Below, piece after piece: positions 15,847 to 24,764 of a DNA stretch of 40,361 nt. The DNA is taken from positions 1 through 40,361 of the IMG/VR virus record IMGVR_UViG_3300026848_000007. The stretch is one strand, 5' to 3'. Within the stretch, counting starts at the first letter, position 1. Each line of letters begins with the position of its first letter. Position numbers and translations under genes: made by a program. The stretch comes from a virus (lineage: Duplodnaviria; Caudoviricetes). Under the pieces are notes generated by a model. That model searched no databases. It was not told the DNA's origin and saw nothing but the letters and a program-made list of their open reading frames with translations.

Positions 15847-18800
15847 ATGGCTGAAGACGTCAAAATCCATCTTAAGGCAGAAAACGATGCCAGTTCCGAG
15901 GTGCAACAGGTCACGCTTGATGCTGAAGAACTGGCGAAGGAGCTCCGTAACGCTGCGAAGGCTGCAGATGAATATGCGCCAGCGTTGGGGAAGGTGGCAG
16001 ACGAGCTGGACAGCCTGACAAAACAGCAGCGCATTGTTCAGGAAATAAAAGCGCTTAAAACTGAGCTGCTGGGTTCGACCCGAGCCTTAATTGACGCTAA
16101 GGACAAAACTAAACGACTCGCTGCTGAGGTTAAAGGCTCAATTGGTTCTAACAAAGAGCTGAATAAAGAGCTGTCTAATTCCAGAGCCAGACTTAAGCAG
16201 CTGGCCAGTGTTCAAAAAGAGCAGATCAGCAACTATCGACGCCTTAAATCTGAGGCTGAATCATACGGCATCAACACCCGTAATCTGAACACAGCTCAGC
16301 GAAGTCTAAGCTCATCCATCGAGGCAACCACCAAAAGAGCGCGTGACCTACAGTCACAGCTCGGTAAAACGTCAACCTCTGCCAGAGCGGCTGGCGATGC
16401 AGTCTCTGATGCAGGGAAGGAAGCACAGGGGTTTTCTGATCAGGTTAAAGGTGCAACTGCTCGTGTTGTGGGCTTTGTTGCCGCGCTTCTCAGTATTCAG
16501 AAGGGCAAGCAGTTTCTGACAAGTGTCCTGGAGACAGGCGGTCAGTTCGAGACGTTTGAAACCCAGCTCGAGGGTGTGTTCGGCTCAATCGAAGAGGCTG
16601 AGGGTGCATTTAATTGGATCGAAGATTTCACCGAAGACGTCCCGCTGCAGTTGGACCAGACGCTCGAAGCGTTTGTCCGGCTTAAAAACTTTGGTCTGGA
16701 TCCCATGGACGGGACTATGCAGGCGCTGGTGGATACAAATGCCAAGCTGGGCGGTGGCCAGGAGCGACTGAACGGCATTATTCTCGCTGTTGGCCAAGCC
16801 TGGGCGAAACAGAAACTGCAGGCCGAAGAAACTCTGCAGCTGGTCGAGCGTGGTGTGCCTGTTTATGAGCTGCTTGAGAAGGCAACCGGTAAGACAGCTG
16901 GCGAACTGGAGGAGCTGAGCCGAAACGGTGAGCTCGGTCGTGATGCCATCAAGGCGTTAATCGATGAGATGGGCAAGGGCGCTGTCGGACAAGCTGCGAA
17001 GGAAATGTCCAACTATCGAGGCATTGTCTCGAACCTGAAAGATGACTTTGTCCAGTTCCTGAATCAAATCGCCGATCAGGGTGTACTGGATTACTTCAAG
17101 GGGCAACTGCAACAGGTCCGGGACACCATTCAGCAAATGGCCGATGACGGCCGTCTCGAGCAGCTGGCCAAGCGTATATCTGACTTCATGATCACCGGTG
17201 CTGAGGCGACGAAAAACTTCCTCGGCATTATTGTTGGCCTGAGTCGGGAGCTCAAGATTCTGGCCGGCGCATTTCTCGCGCTCAAATTTGGTGGAATGCT
17301 CCAGGGCTTCTGGGGGATGGCTACCGGCGCTGCCGCTGCGACCACCAATATTAAGGCATTAACGCTGGCATTAATCCGCACCGGCTGGGGAGCAATTGCT
17401 GTCGGTGCTGGCATTCTAGTCGGCAAGTTATGGGAAATGAATGAGGCCAGCGCAGAAGCAGCTCGCCGGCAGCAAGAGCTCGCCGACAAACAGCGGGAGG
17501 TCGACGACGTTTATGCTTCGCTGTCTGACCGACTTGGCATCCAGATCAGAAATAGCCGTGAGCTCACCGAGGCAGAACGTGAAGGCCTGATCGTTTTCAG
17601 CGAGAAGACGCGACAGTATGAGTTGGTCAAACAGAAAACAGAAGAAGTCATTGATGCTGCGAGCCAGTATAAGTCAGAACTGAGTGGTGTCACCGAGGGG
17701 ATAAACCTTCAGGCTCAGGCAATCGTTAATTCTGCAGCGAGTGGTCAGGCATTTGTTGAACGCCTGGCGATGATGAAAGAAGAATCGAGTGGTTTGGCCG
17801 GTGAGCTGGAGCGCATGAATGCCGCGGACTTTCTGAACTTCGCTCGAGAGTTCAAAAACGCAACTAACAATGATTACCTGCCGGCCGCTGACGAAATAGA
17901 AACGCACAATGCGATTATTTCTGAATCTTGGCGCCGGTTGAATGTTGATGTCGAGACACTGGCCTCCGGAATGACATCTTCAGGCGCTTCCGCGATGGCT
18001 GCGTTTGACTTATTGGCCGAAAATGCCGGTGCGAACAGTAAGATCATCACTGAGGCTTTTAATGGTGCGCTGAACACTGTTCAAACCACGCGAGGGCTGG
18101 AAGAGCTAAAACGACGTATCGAAGAGTTTGGTCGTTCTGGCCGTCTTACTGGTGACCAGGTTGATGAGGCACTGGAAAAAATCAAGGCCAAAACCAGTCA
18201 GGTTGATGAGCAACTTATTAAAGCCCGCGAAGCACTCCGGGAACTAGGGCAGGGCATTAACAGTGCTGAGACGGTTTCAGCGCTCAATGATATCGGTATC
18301 GCCGCTGCTCAAGCCTGGCAGGACGGCAAAATCAGCGCCGAAGAATATCTCGAGGTCATGGCTCAGGTCGACGCTCAGAAAGAAAAGCTGATCGAAACGA
18401 CCAACCGCCTGACTGAGGCAGAAAAAGAAGCGGCTGACGCTGCTAAAGAAAAAGGTGACGAGGAAGAGAAGTCGACCGAAAAAGTTATCGTCGCTCGTCA
18501 GGCGGCTACCGAAGCTTCACGCATGGAAGCCGAGGCCATGGCCAAAGCCCGTGAAGAGGTGAACAAAACCGCACTGGCCCACGGGTATGGCATCGAAGGC
18601 TTGAAGAAATACTGGGACGCCGTTGAAGACCTGACGGCTCGCTATGTAGAAGCGAACAAAAATGCCCAGAACATGGCTGCCAGCGTGGCACAGCTCGACG
18701 CGAATGCAAAGGTCTCGGTCAGCTCGCTCGAGGGCTATGCAAAGGGCTTGGAGTCGGCAATCCGTGGCGGTGATGAGTTAAATAGCCAGTCATTGAGCCA

Positions 18801-19287
18801 GCTTCAATCTGCTTTATCGGCTGTGCGTAGCCGGATTCAGGCTATCAAGTCAGAAACGGAGTCTGCCAAGAACGAGTTGAGCGGTTTTGAAAGCGAGCTG
18901 GCTGGCCTGCAGGGTGATCAGCAGCGAGTTCAGGAGATTCAATACCAACAGCGTCGGCTTGATCTGCTCAGCAAGATTAAGGCGGCAGAGGCATCCGGTA
19001 ACACATCCGCTGTTCAGAACTACAAGGAATCCCTTTCTCTCCTGGAGCAGATCAACCGCATCAAGCAACAGAACATTCGTGATACAGAGCGCGAAGCGCA
19101 GCTGCAGAGACAGTCTCAGGCAACACCCCAAACCCAGAGTCAGGTTGCTCCCGAGTCCGCGAGCAGAACAATTCGCATGGTCCTTGAATCCGACGATGGC
19201 CGACATGCATCGGTGTACGCCAGCGAAGGCGATGCTGACAACGTGATTGAAATGATGACCAAGGCAAAAGGAGTCAGCGCCCGATGA
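15847..19287 (+). CDS. Tail tape measure protein
   Basis: 1146 aa, helical. Tape-measure domain AFVRLKNFGLDP..GQAWAKQKLQAEE..ERGVP. Confidence 0.93.
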   Translation: MAEDVKIHLKAENDASSEVQQVTLDAEELAKELRNAAKAADEYAPALGKVADELDSLTKQQRIVQEIKALKTELLGSTRALIDAKDKTKRLAAEVKGSIGSNKELNKELSNSRARLKQLASVQKEQISNYRRLKSEAESYGINTRNLNTAQRSLSSSIEATTKRARDLQSQLGKTSTSARAAGDAVSDAGKEAQGFSDQVKGATARVVGFVAALLSIQKGKQFLTSVLETGGQFETFETQLEGVFGSIEEAEGAFNWIEDFTEDVPLQLDQTLEAFVRLKNFGLDPMDGTMQALVDTNAKLGGGQERLNGIILAVGQAWAKQKLQAEETLQLVERGVPVYELLEKATGKTAGELEELSRNGELGRDAIKALIDEMGKGAVGQAAKEMSNYRGIVSNLKDDFVQFLNQIADQGVLDYFKGQLQQVRDTIQQMADDGRLEQLAKRISDFMITGAEATKNFLGIIVGLSRELKILAGAFLALKFGGMLQGFWGMATGAAAATTNIKALTLALIRTGWGAIAVGAGILVGKLWEMNEASAEAARRQQELADKQREVDDVYASLSDRLGIQIRNSRELTEAEREGLIVFSEKTRQYELVKQKTEEVIDAASQYKSELSGVTEGINLQAQAIVNSAASGQAFVERLAMMKEESSGLAGELERMNAADFLNFAREFKNATNNDYLPAADEIETHNAIISESWRRLNVDVETLASGMTSSGASAMAAFDLLAENAGANSKIITEAFNGALNTVQTTRGLEELKRRIEEFGRSGRLTGDQVDEALEKIKAKTSQVDEQLIKAREALRELGQGINSAETVSALNDIGIAAAQAWQDGKISAEEYLEVMAQVDAQKEKLIETTNRLTEAEKEAADAAKEKGDEEEKSTEKVIVARQAATEASRMEAEAMAKAREEVNKTALAHGYGIEGLKKYWDAVEDLTARYVEANKNAQNMAASVAQLDANAKVSVSSLEGYAKGLESAIRGGDELNSQSLSQLQSALSAVRSRIQAIKSETESAKNELSGFESELAGLQGDQQRVQEIQYQQRRLDLLSKIKAAEASGNTSAVQNYKESLSLLEQINRIKQQNIRDTEREAQLQRQSQATPQTQSQVAPESASRTIRMVLESDDGRHASVYASEGDADNVIEMMTKAKGVSAR

Positions 19288-19667
19288 CTATCACGCTTGA
19301 GGCTATTGGCTTGCCAGACGACCTTCTCTGGAGTGATGAATACCTGTGGTCGCCCGTTAAACAGAGCATGCAGCTCTCACTCAGTGGTAAACCGATTATT
19401 CAGGAAGCTGCACAGGTTAAAGGCCGCCCAATCACACTGGAAGGTGATCAGGAATCAGCCTGGGTAACAAAGCAGACCCTCGAACAACTCCGTGCCCTTG
19501 AAGCGACCCCGAATAACGATATGACGCTCGATTATCACGGCAGCGCCTTCACCGTGCGTTTCAGCAGGAGCGACGGCAACCCCATTGAGGCAAGGCCTAT
19601 TGTCGGCTTTGCCAACCCACAAAATGACGATGTTTACAGTCTTCGGCTGAAACTGTTCACCGTTTAG
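19284..19667 (+). CDS. Distal tail protein (putative)
   Basis: Follows the tape measure gene. LPDDLLWSDE..SLSG..GRPITL. Confidence 0.6.
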   Translation: MTITLEAIGLPDDLLWSDEYLWSPVKQSMQLSLSGKPIIQEAAQVKGRPITLEGDQESAWVTKQTLEQLRALEATPNNDMTLDYHGSAFTVRFSRSDGNPIEARPIVGFANPQNDDVYSLRLKLFTV

Positions 19668-19676
19668 GAGCAAGAA

Positions 19677-22600
19677 ATGCCTATCCAATCTCAGGACATA
19701 AAAATTTTTGCATCGGACGCCATGAACGATGCTGACGAAGGCGGTGGCGCGATTACCGGACAGGTCATCGTTGATGGCCAGAGCAACAACATTTTTCAGG
19801 ATATCAGCACGCTCGACCGGGTTTATGGTGCTGTGCATATGCGTAAGGTGTTTCCTGCTGTCAGCATTCAGACTCAGGATATTTACTTCGGCAGCCATGT
19901 GATCATCAGTAAATTGCCAGGTGATCAGAAAATCGGTGTAAACCTGTTTAATACTGAGGACTGGTTTGACCGCCGACCCGCTGCACAAAGCCGAGTCGAA
20001 AACTACCGTGCAAAAGGGGCGAACTACACAGGCTTCCTGTTTGCAACGCAGTACAAAGGCTCCAAAGTCGTCACCATTTTTCAGAGTGAAAGCGCGCCGA
20101 TTCCGGGCGTGGGTGATGTTCTCTATCTACATCAGCTGTCAGAGACGCAAACCCAATTCATCAAAATCACTAAGCTTGATGACCGGGTGCAGGAATTTAC
20201 AGATGCAAGCGGCACATTCCGCCGGCGCATTTTAGAGCTTGAGATCAGCCAGAGCCTTGAGTATGACTTTGTCGGCGCTCAAATTTCACGACTGGATACA
20301 CTGTCGCCGCAGGCACAAATCAAGCAGACCGTCGTCGCCAATGCTGCGAAATATTTCTCAGCGCGGCCTTTGGCGGTGGCTGGCGCAGCTGAAGATTCTG
20401 TGATTGAAGTTGATACGGTTTACAGCCAGGTTATCCCGAGCAGTCTGCAGGAGCTCTCCATCACTGATGCCGATATCAACGGTGTGTCGGTGCCGTTGGT
20501 CGCGTCAGATAACGGGCCAGTCACACTGAGCATTTCCAATAGCTTCGGGCCCAACCTCAGCTTTTATGCTGGCAGCCCGATTCTGCCGGGCAGTTTCAGT
20601 TTTGCTTCTGGTGGCAACACCATTGTTGATGAAGGCGGCACGCTGAAATCGGGCAATACGGCAGTAGGAACGATTAATTATCTCGAGGGAAGCTGGACAT
20701 TCCTCGCAACCAGCCCGACGTATTCGGGCACAAAGAATGTCGTGTTTAAACCGGCAGCGGTGCCGCAACAGGTGAGCAATACCGGTACGGAGGCGATTAC
20801 CGAAGCCAATCGTGGGCTGATTTATAACTACACCATGCTACCGCTGGCGTTACCCGGTTCGGTGCAGGTGAGTTATCGTTCGCTTGGCGAGTGGTACACG
20901 CTTTACGACGATGGCAACGGCAAAATTGAAGGGATTGAAGACGGTATCGGTACCGGTACCATCAATTACAGCACCGGCACATTGACAGTGACGCTGGCAG
21001 CGCTGCCGGATGAAGGCTCGCAAATCATTTACACCTGGGGCAAACCGGTGAGATACAGCAACAGAGCGAACCAGACGCCTGACCCGCTGACCTTTCTTAT
21101 TCAACTGGCACATACCGGCATCGCGCCTGGCACATTCGATATCAGCTGGACGGGTGCAGACACACTGGCAAAAAGCGCCTCAGCTGATGTGTATGGGGTA
21201 ATTACTGGTGATGCGACGGGCACCATTAACCACGTCACCGGTGAGGTGGAGATTCGCCCGAACGCGATGCCGCTGGGTGGCACGGTGTTCGATGTGGATT
21301 ATCAGTACGGAACACCGCTGACTAAAAATTTCACAGCACCGGTGAAGTCGGGTGGTGACTTAACGCTTGATCTGACTTACGTCAACATTGAGCCGAACAC
21401 ACTGGAGCTGAAATGGCCGGTCGAGGCGGATCCACTGGACTGGGAATCTCGTGACGAAAAGCTGTCTGTTCAATCAGTATCGGGTGAAGCGATTGCCACA
21501 GATGATGGCAACGGTAATATCAAGCTTGCAGATGGCACTACGCTCGGTACCATCAACTACAGCACGGGCATCGTAACCTTTAACCCCGACATCAGCGGTA
21601 ACGCATACAAGGCGGTGTTTGATAACACCTTCGGCGGGCGTGCGCCGTCAGGCACTGGCAGTATCAGAACGGTTTATGACTTCCAGCAAGTCGGCACCAC
21701 CGAAGTGACGGTCGGCCTGTTATACCCGACAAACGGTTCGGGTTACGTTAACACCAAGTTCAGGGCAGCTGATTCACCATCTTCAGTGAGTACGCAGGTC
21801 ACAGTGACCCAAATGCAAGTTGACCTGACTGACGGTTTCGATGAAACGCTGGTACCGGGTTCAGTCCGGTTCCGGTTGGCCGGCAAGACCTACTCAGACC
21901 CGAACAAAAATGGGCAGTTATTTTTCGATATTAATCCGGCTACCGGTGTCGGCAATCTGGCGGGGAATATCGATTACGGCACCGGTGTCGCTACAGTCAC
22001 GGACTGGGCCGACGGTGCGAATACACTCACCTTGCAAAGCCTGTTAACAGAGCGCGGCAAGATTCCTGTCAGCCAGGTCACCTTCAGAATTCCGAACGCA
22101 CCGATTCGTGTCGGGAGCTTGCAGATCAGAGCCACTAAAATCGACGGGACGTTACTCACGGCGACTGCAGATGCGCAAGGTGACATCCTCACGACTGACA
22201 TGATCGGCTTCATTGAATACGAAACAGGCGTCGTTTCACTGTCTTTCGGCAATGAAGTGGTAGCGGCAGGCAATGAAAGTGAAGAGTGGTATGACCCCGC
22301 TGCCGTTGATGGTGAGGGAAACATCGTTGAGCCTGAGCTGGTGTTCGCAGAGACCATGCTTTATAACGCGGTTTCTCAGACCTTCTTACCCCTGGACTCT
22401 GACATTCTCGGACTTAACCCTGTCAGGCTGCCACAGGATGGCAGAATCCCTGTTTTTGCTGCTGGCGATGTTGTTGTCGTATTACATGACCAGGTTACAT
22501 CGGGCACCTATTCAAATGCACAAGTGACTGACTTGGGCCGTGGGCGTATAGCCAAACTCAGTGTGAGGGACAGTGCCAATCAGGAAATCCTTGCGACTCG

Positions 22601-23255
22601 CTACACGGCCGATTTGGATGCCGGCACCATTACCTGGGACGATCTCTCGGGCGTATCTCAGCCCCTGACTATCACCGACCGAATAGAGGATATGGCAATC
22701 CTTACGGACGTGCAAATCAACGGCAAGCTCTCTCTGAGTCAGCCGCTTACCCACGAGTTCCCGGTCAATGAAACGTTGGTTTCCAATGCCATTGTGTATG
22801 GGGATCTGTTTGCCCGAACGTCCATCCCCTTTGATCAGCAGACCTGGACTAATGTCTGGAGTAACACTCTGATTGGCAGTAGCGTTGCCGCTCAGTACAA
22901 CAACAGCCAATACCCGATTCAGGTGGATAACGCGAGTGCGATTCAGGAGCGTTGGGCGTTAATTTTCACAGGGCCATCAACAGTCAATGTGATTGGTGAG
23001 AATGTCGGCCAAATCCTAAGCAGCATCAGCATCGGCGTCGATATTGCACCTATCAATCCGAATACAGGTCAGCCTTATTTCACTATCCCAAATGAGGGGT
23101 GGGGTAGTGGCTGGTCGTCTGGCAACGTTTTACGCTTCAACACATTCGCAGCTAATGCGCCGGTCTGGATTATCCAGTCAGTCGGGCAGGGTGAGGAAAC
23201 TGACGACGACTATACCTTCTGCCTCGAAGTCCGAGGCGATATCGACACGCCATAA
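19677..23255 (+). CDS. Large tail tip protein with repeated beta modules
   Basis: 1192 aa, Gly/Thr/Ser rich, about six GTINY.TG-type repeats. Confidence 0.75.
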   Translation: MPIQSQDIKIFASDAMNDADEGGGAITGQVIVDGQSNNIFQDISTLDRVYGAVHMRKVFPAVSIQTQDIYFGSHVIISKLPGDQKIGVNLFNTEDWFDRRPAAQSRVENYRAKGANYTGFLFATQYKGSKVVTIFQSESAPIPGVGDVLYLHQLSETQTQFIKITKLDDRVQEFTDASGTFRRRILELEISQSLEYDFVGAQISRLDTLSPQAQIKQTVVANAAKYFSARPLAVAGAAEDSVIEVDTVYSQVIPSSLQELSITDADINGVSVPLVASDNGPVTLSISNSFGPNLSFYAGSPILPGSFSFASGGNTIVDEGGTLKSGNTAVGTINYLEGSWTFLATSPTYSGTKNVVFKPAAVPQQVSNTGTEAITEANRGLIYNYTMLPLALPGSVQVSYRSLGEWYTLYDDGNGKIEGIEDGIGTGTINYSTGTLTVTLAALPDEGSQIIYTWGKPVRYSNRANQTPDPLTFLIQLAHTGIAPGTFDISWTGADTLAKSASADVYGVITGDATGTINHVTGEVEIRPNAMPLGGTVFDVDYQYGTPLTKNFTAPVKSGGDLTLDLTYVNIEPNTLELKWPVEADPLDWESRDEKLSVQSVSGEAIATDDGNGNIKLADGTTLGTINYSTGIVTFNPDISGNAYKAVFDNTFGGRAPSGTGSIRTVYDFQQVGTTEVTVGLLYPTNGSGYVNTKFRAADSPSSVSTQVTVTQMQVDLTDGFDETLVPGSVRFRLAGKTYSDPNKNGQLFFDINPATGVGNLAGNIDYGTGVATVTDWADGANTLTLQSLLTERGKIPVSQVTFRIPNAPIRVGSLQIRATKIDGTLLTATADAQGDILTTDMIGFIEYETGVVSLSFGNEVVAAGNESEEWYDPAAVDGEGNIVEPELVFAETMLYNAVSQTFLPLDSDILGLNPVRLPQDGRIPVFAAGDVVVVLHDQVTSGTYSNAQVTDLGRGRIAKLSVRDSANQEILATRYTADLDAGTITWDDLSGVSQPLTITDRIEDMAILTDVQINGKLSLSQPLTHEFPVNETLVSNAIVYGDLFARTSIPFDQQTWTNVWSNTLIGSSVAAQYNNSQYPIQVDNASAIQERWALIFTGPSTVNVIGENVGQILSSISIGVDIAPINPNTGQPYFTIPNEGWGSGWSSGNVLRFNTFAANAPVWIIQSVGQGEETDDDYTFCLEVRGDIDTP

Positions 23256-23268
23256 ATAAGGAACTGAC

Positions 23269-23688
23269 ATGGGAGATATCAGATTTTCAACGAATCTACG
23301 TAATGACCGGGCTCAGCAAGTGGTCGATGATTTGGATGCTGCCGCAACGCCCGGGTATATCGAATTCTACGGCGGTGGAAGCGGCCGACCTGCAGCAGGG
23401 GCGGCAGTCACTGACCAGACGCTGATTGCTATCTGCGAGCTATCCGACCCATCCGGAACGGTCTCCAATGGTGTGACCACCTTTAACCCCGTGAGTGATG
23501 AACTCTCGGCGCTGGCAGATGAGGATATTGAGTGGGCGAGAGCTTACGACGGCGATGATGTGTTTGTGATGGACTTAGGCTGTGGTTTAAATGGAAGCGG
23601 CAAATCCATCATCTTCAATACATTGACGGCTCGTATCGGCGGTGTGGTTCAGATTTTGAGTGGTTCGCTGACTGAGGGGAATGCTTGA
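23269..23688 (+). CDS. Tail-associated structural protein
   Basis: Position in the tail module, SD AAGGA. Confidence 0.6.
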   Translation: MGDIRFSTNLRNDRAQQVVDDLDAAATPGYIEFYGGGSGRPAAGAAVTDQTLIAICELSDPSGTVSNGVTTFNPVSDELSALADEDIEWARAYDGDDVFVMDLGCGLNGSGKSIIFNTLTARIGGVVQILSGSLTEGNA

Positions 23689-24755
23689 TGTCGATTCCTC
23701 AGAACGGACTAATTTTTCATCACAATATGTCATTGGTCGATGGAACAACACTTACGGCCGTGTTTGGACCAGATGCTGTAATAGAGGGGGCACCACCTCT
23801 GGTGGAGGGATACGCTGGTGCTGATGCAAGGCAGTTTCGGCTAGCCAATCAGCAGCGGTGCTATATCCCGTCAACAAGCTTGTTACCATCAAGCGGCTTT
23901 ACACTCACAGCCGTTATGAAAAAACTCGCTGGGCAAGGGATTCAGGATTACGTCGTCATGGGCAAGGACGGATTCGGACAGGGTTGGGGCGTTTTTCTTC
24001 TAATTAACGATACTGGATATTACGCTTCGATCGTCTCGTCAAGCCCTCTAGCTCAACAGAGCGTTCCTGCAATATCTCCGTCAGTTCTTGACCAATTCCA
24101 TATACTTACACTCAGGTATAGTCCAGGCAATTGGCTGGATCTAAGTGTGGATGAGAATATTGCCGCCAGCAGAAAAACAGGCACATTTACCGGTCTGAGA
24201 AGCTCATCATTTGGTTTTCAAATATCAGGTCACCCTAGTAGTAACCCTAACCTTTACGTCGATGGAGATCGTGGCGACATTTTGGGATGGTCAAGAGTAT
24301 TTAGCGACCAAGAGGTTGAAGATCTCCATGATTATTTAGGTGCGCAACTGTTGATCAATGGTCAAATTGATGAAAATTTGGCTTCAGAAAGTTGGAAAGT
24401 TAGAGCTACTGCGGTATCAGATGGAACGCTCATATCGAGCGACACTGTTTCGAATGGTCCATTTTCTCTCAACATTCCAGTTTCGAAGGCTCAGCCCTTA
24501 TATGTCACAGTCTCAGCGGATATTGGCGCACAATGGGAGCCCAATGCGACTGTTGCCGTTGATCAGAAAGCTTTCCCTACAGATCCGGTAACCTCGCCGT
24601 ATTATTACAAAGCGAACTCTGCGGGCCAGACAGGCGCAACAGAGCCAATATGGCCATCAACACCGGGCAGTACGGTGCAAGATGGTGACATTACATGGGA
24701 ATGTGTCGAAAGACTGATCCAACCCATAACCCACGGCCCACTAATCCCTTCATAA
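23688..24755 (+). CDS. Putative receptor-binding protein (LamG/ConA-like N-terminus)
   Basis: FTLTAVMK..FHILTLRY..WSRVFSDQEV is LamG-like. C-terminal AGQTGATEPIWP..TVQDGDITW module. Confidence 0.55.
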   Translation: MSIPQNGLIFHHNMSLVDGTTLTAVFGPDAVIEGAPPLVEGYAGADARQFRLANQQRCYIPSTSLLPSSGFTLTAVMKKLAGQGIQDYVVMGKDGFGQGWGVFLLINDTGYYASIVSSSPLAQQSVPAISPSVLDQFHILTLRYSPGNWLDLSVDENIAASRKTGTFTGLRSSSFGFQISGHPSSNPNLYVDGDRGDILGWSRVFSDQEVEDLHDYLGAQLLINGQIDENLASESWKVRATAVSDGTLISSDTVSNGPFSLNIPVSKAQPLYVTVSADIGAQWEPNATVAVDQKAFPTDPVTSPYYYKANSAGQTGATEPIWPSTPGSTVQDGDITWECVERLIQPITHGPLIPS

Positions 24756-24764
24756 GGCGGCATC

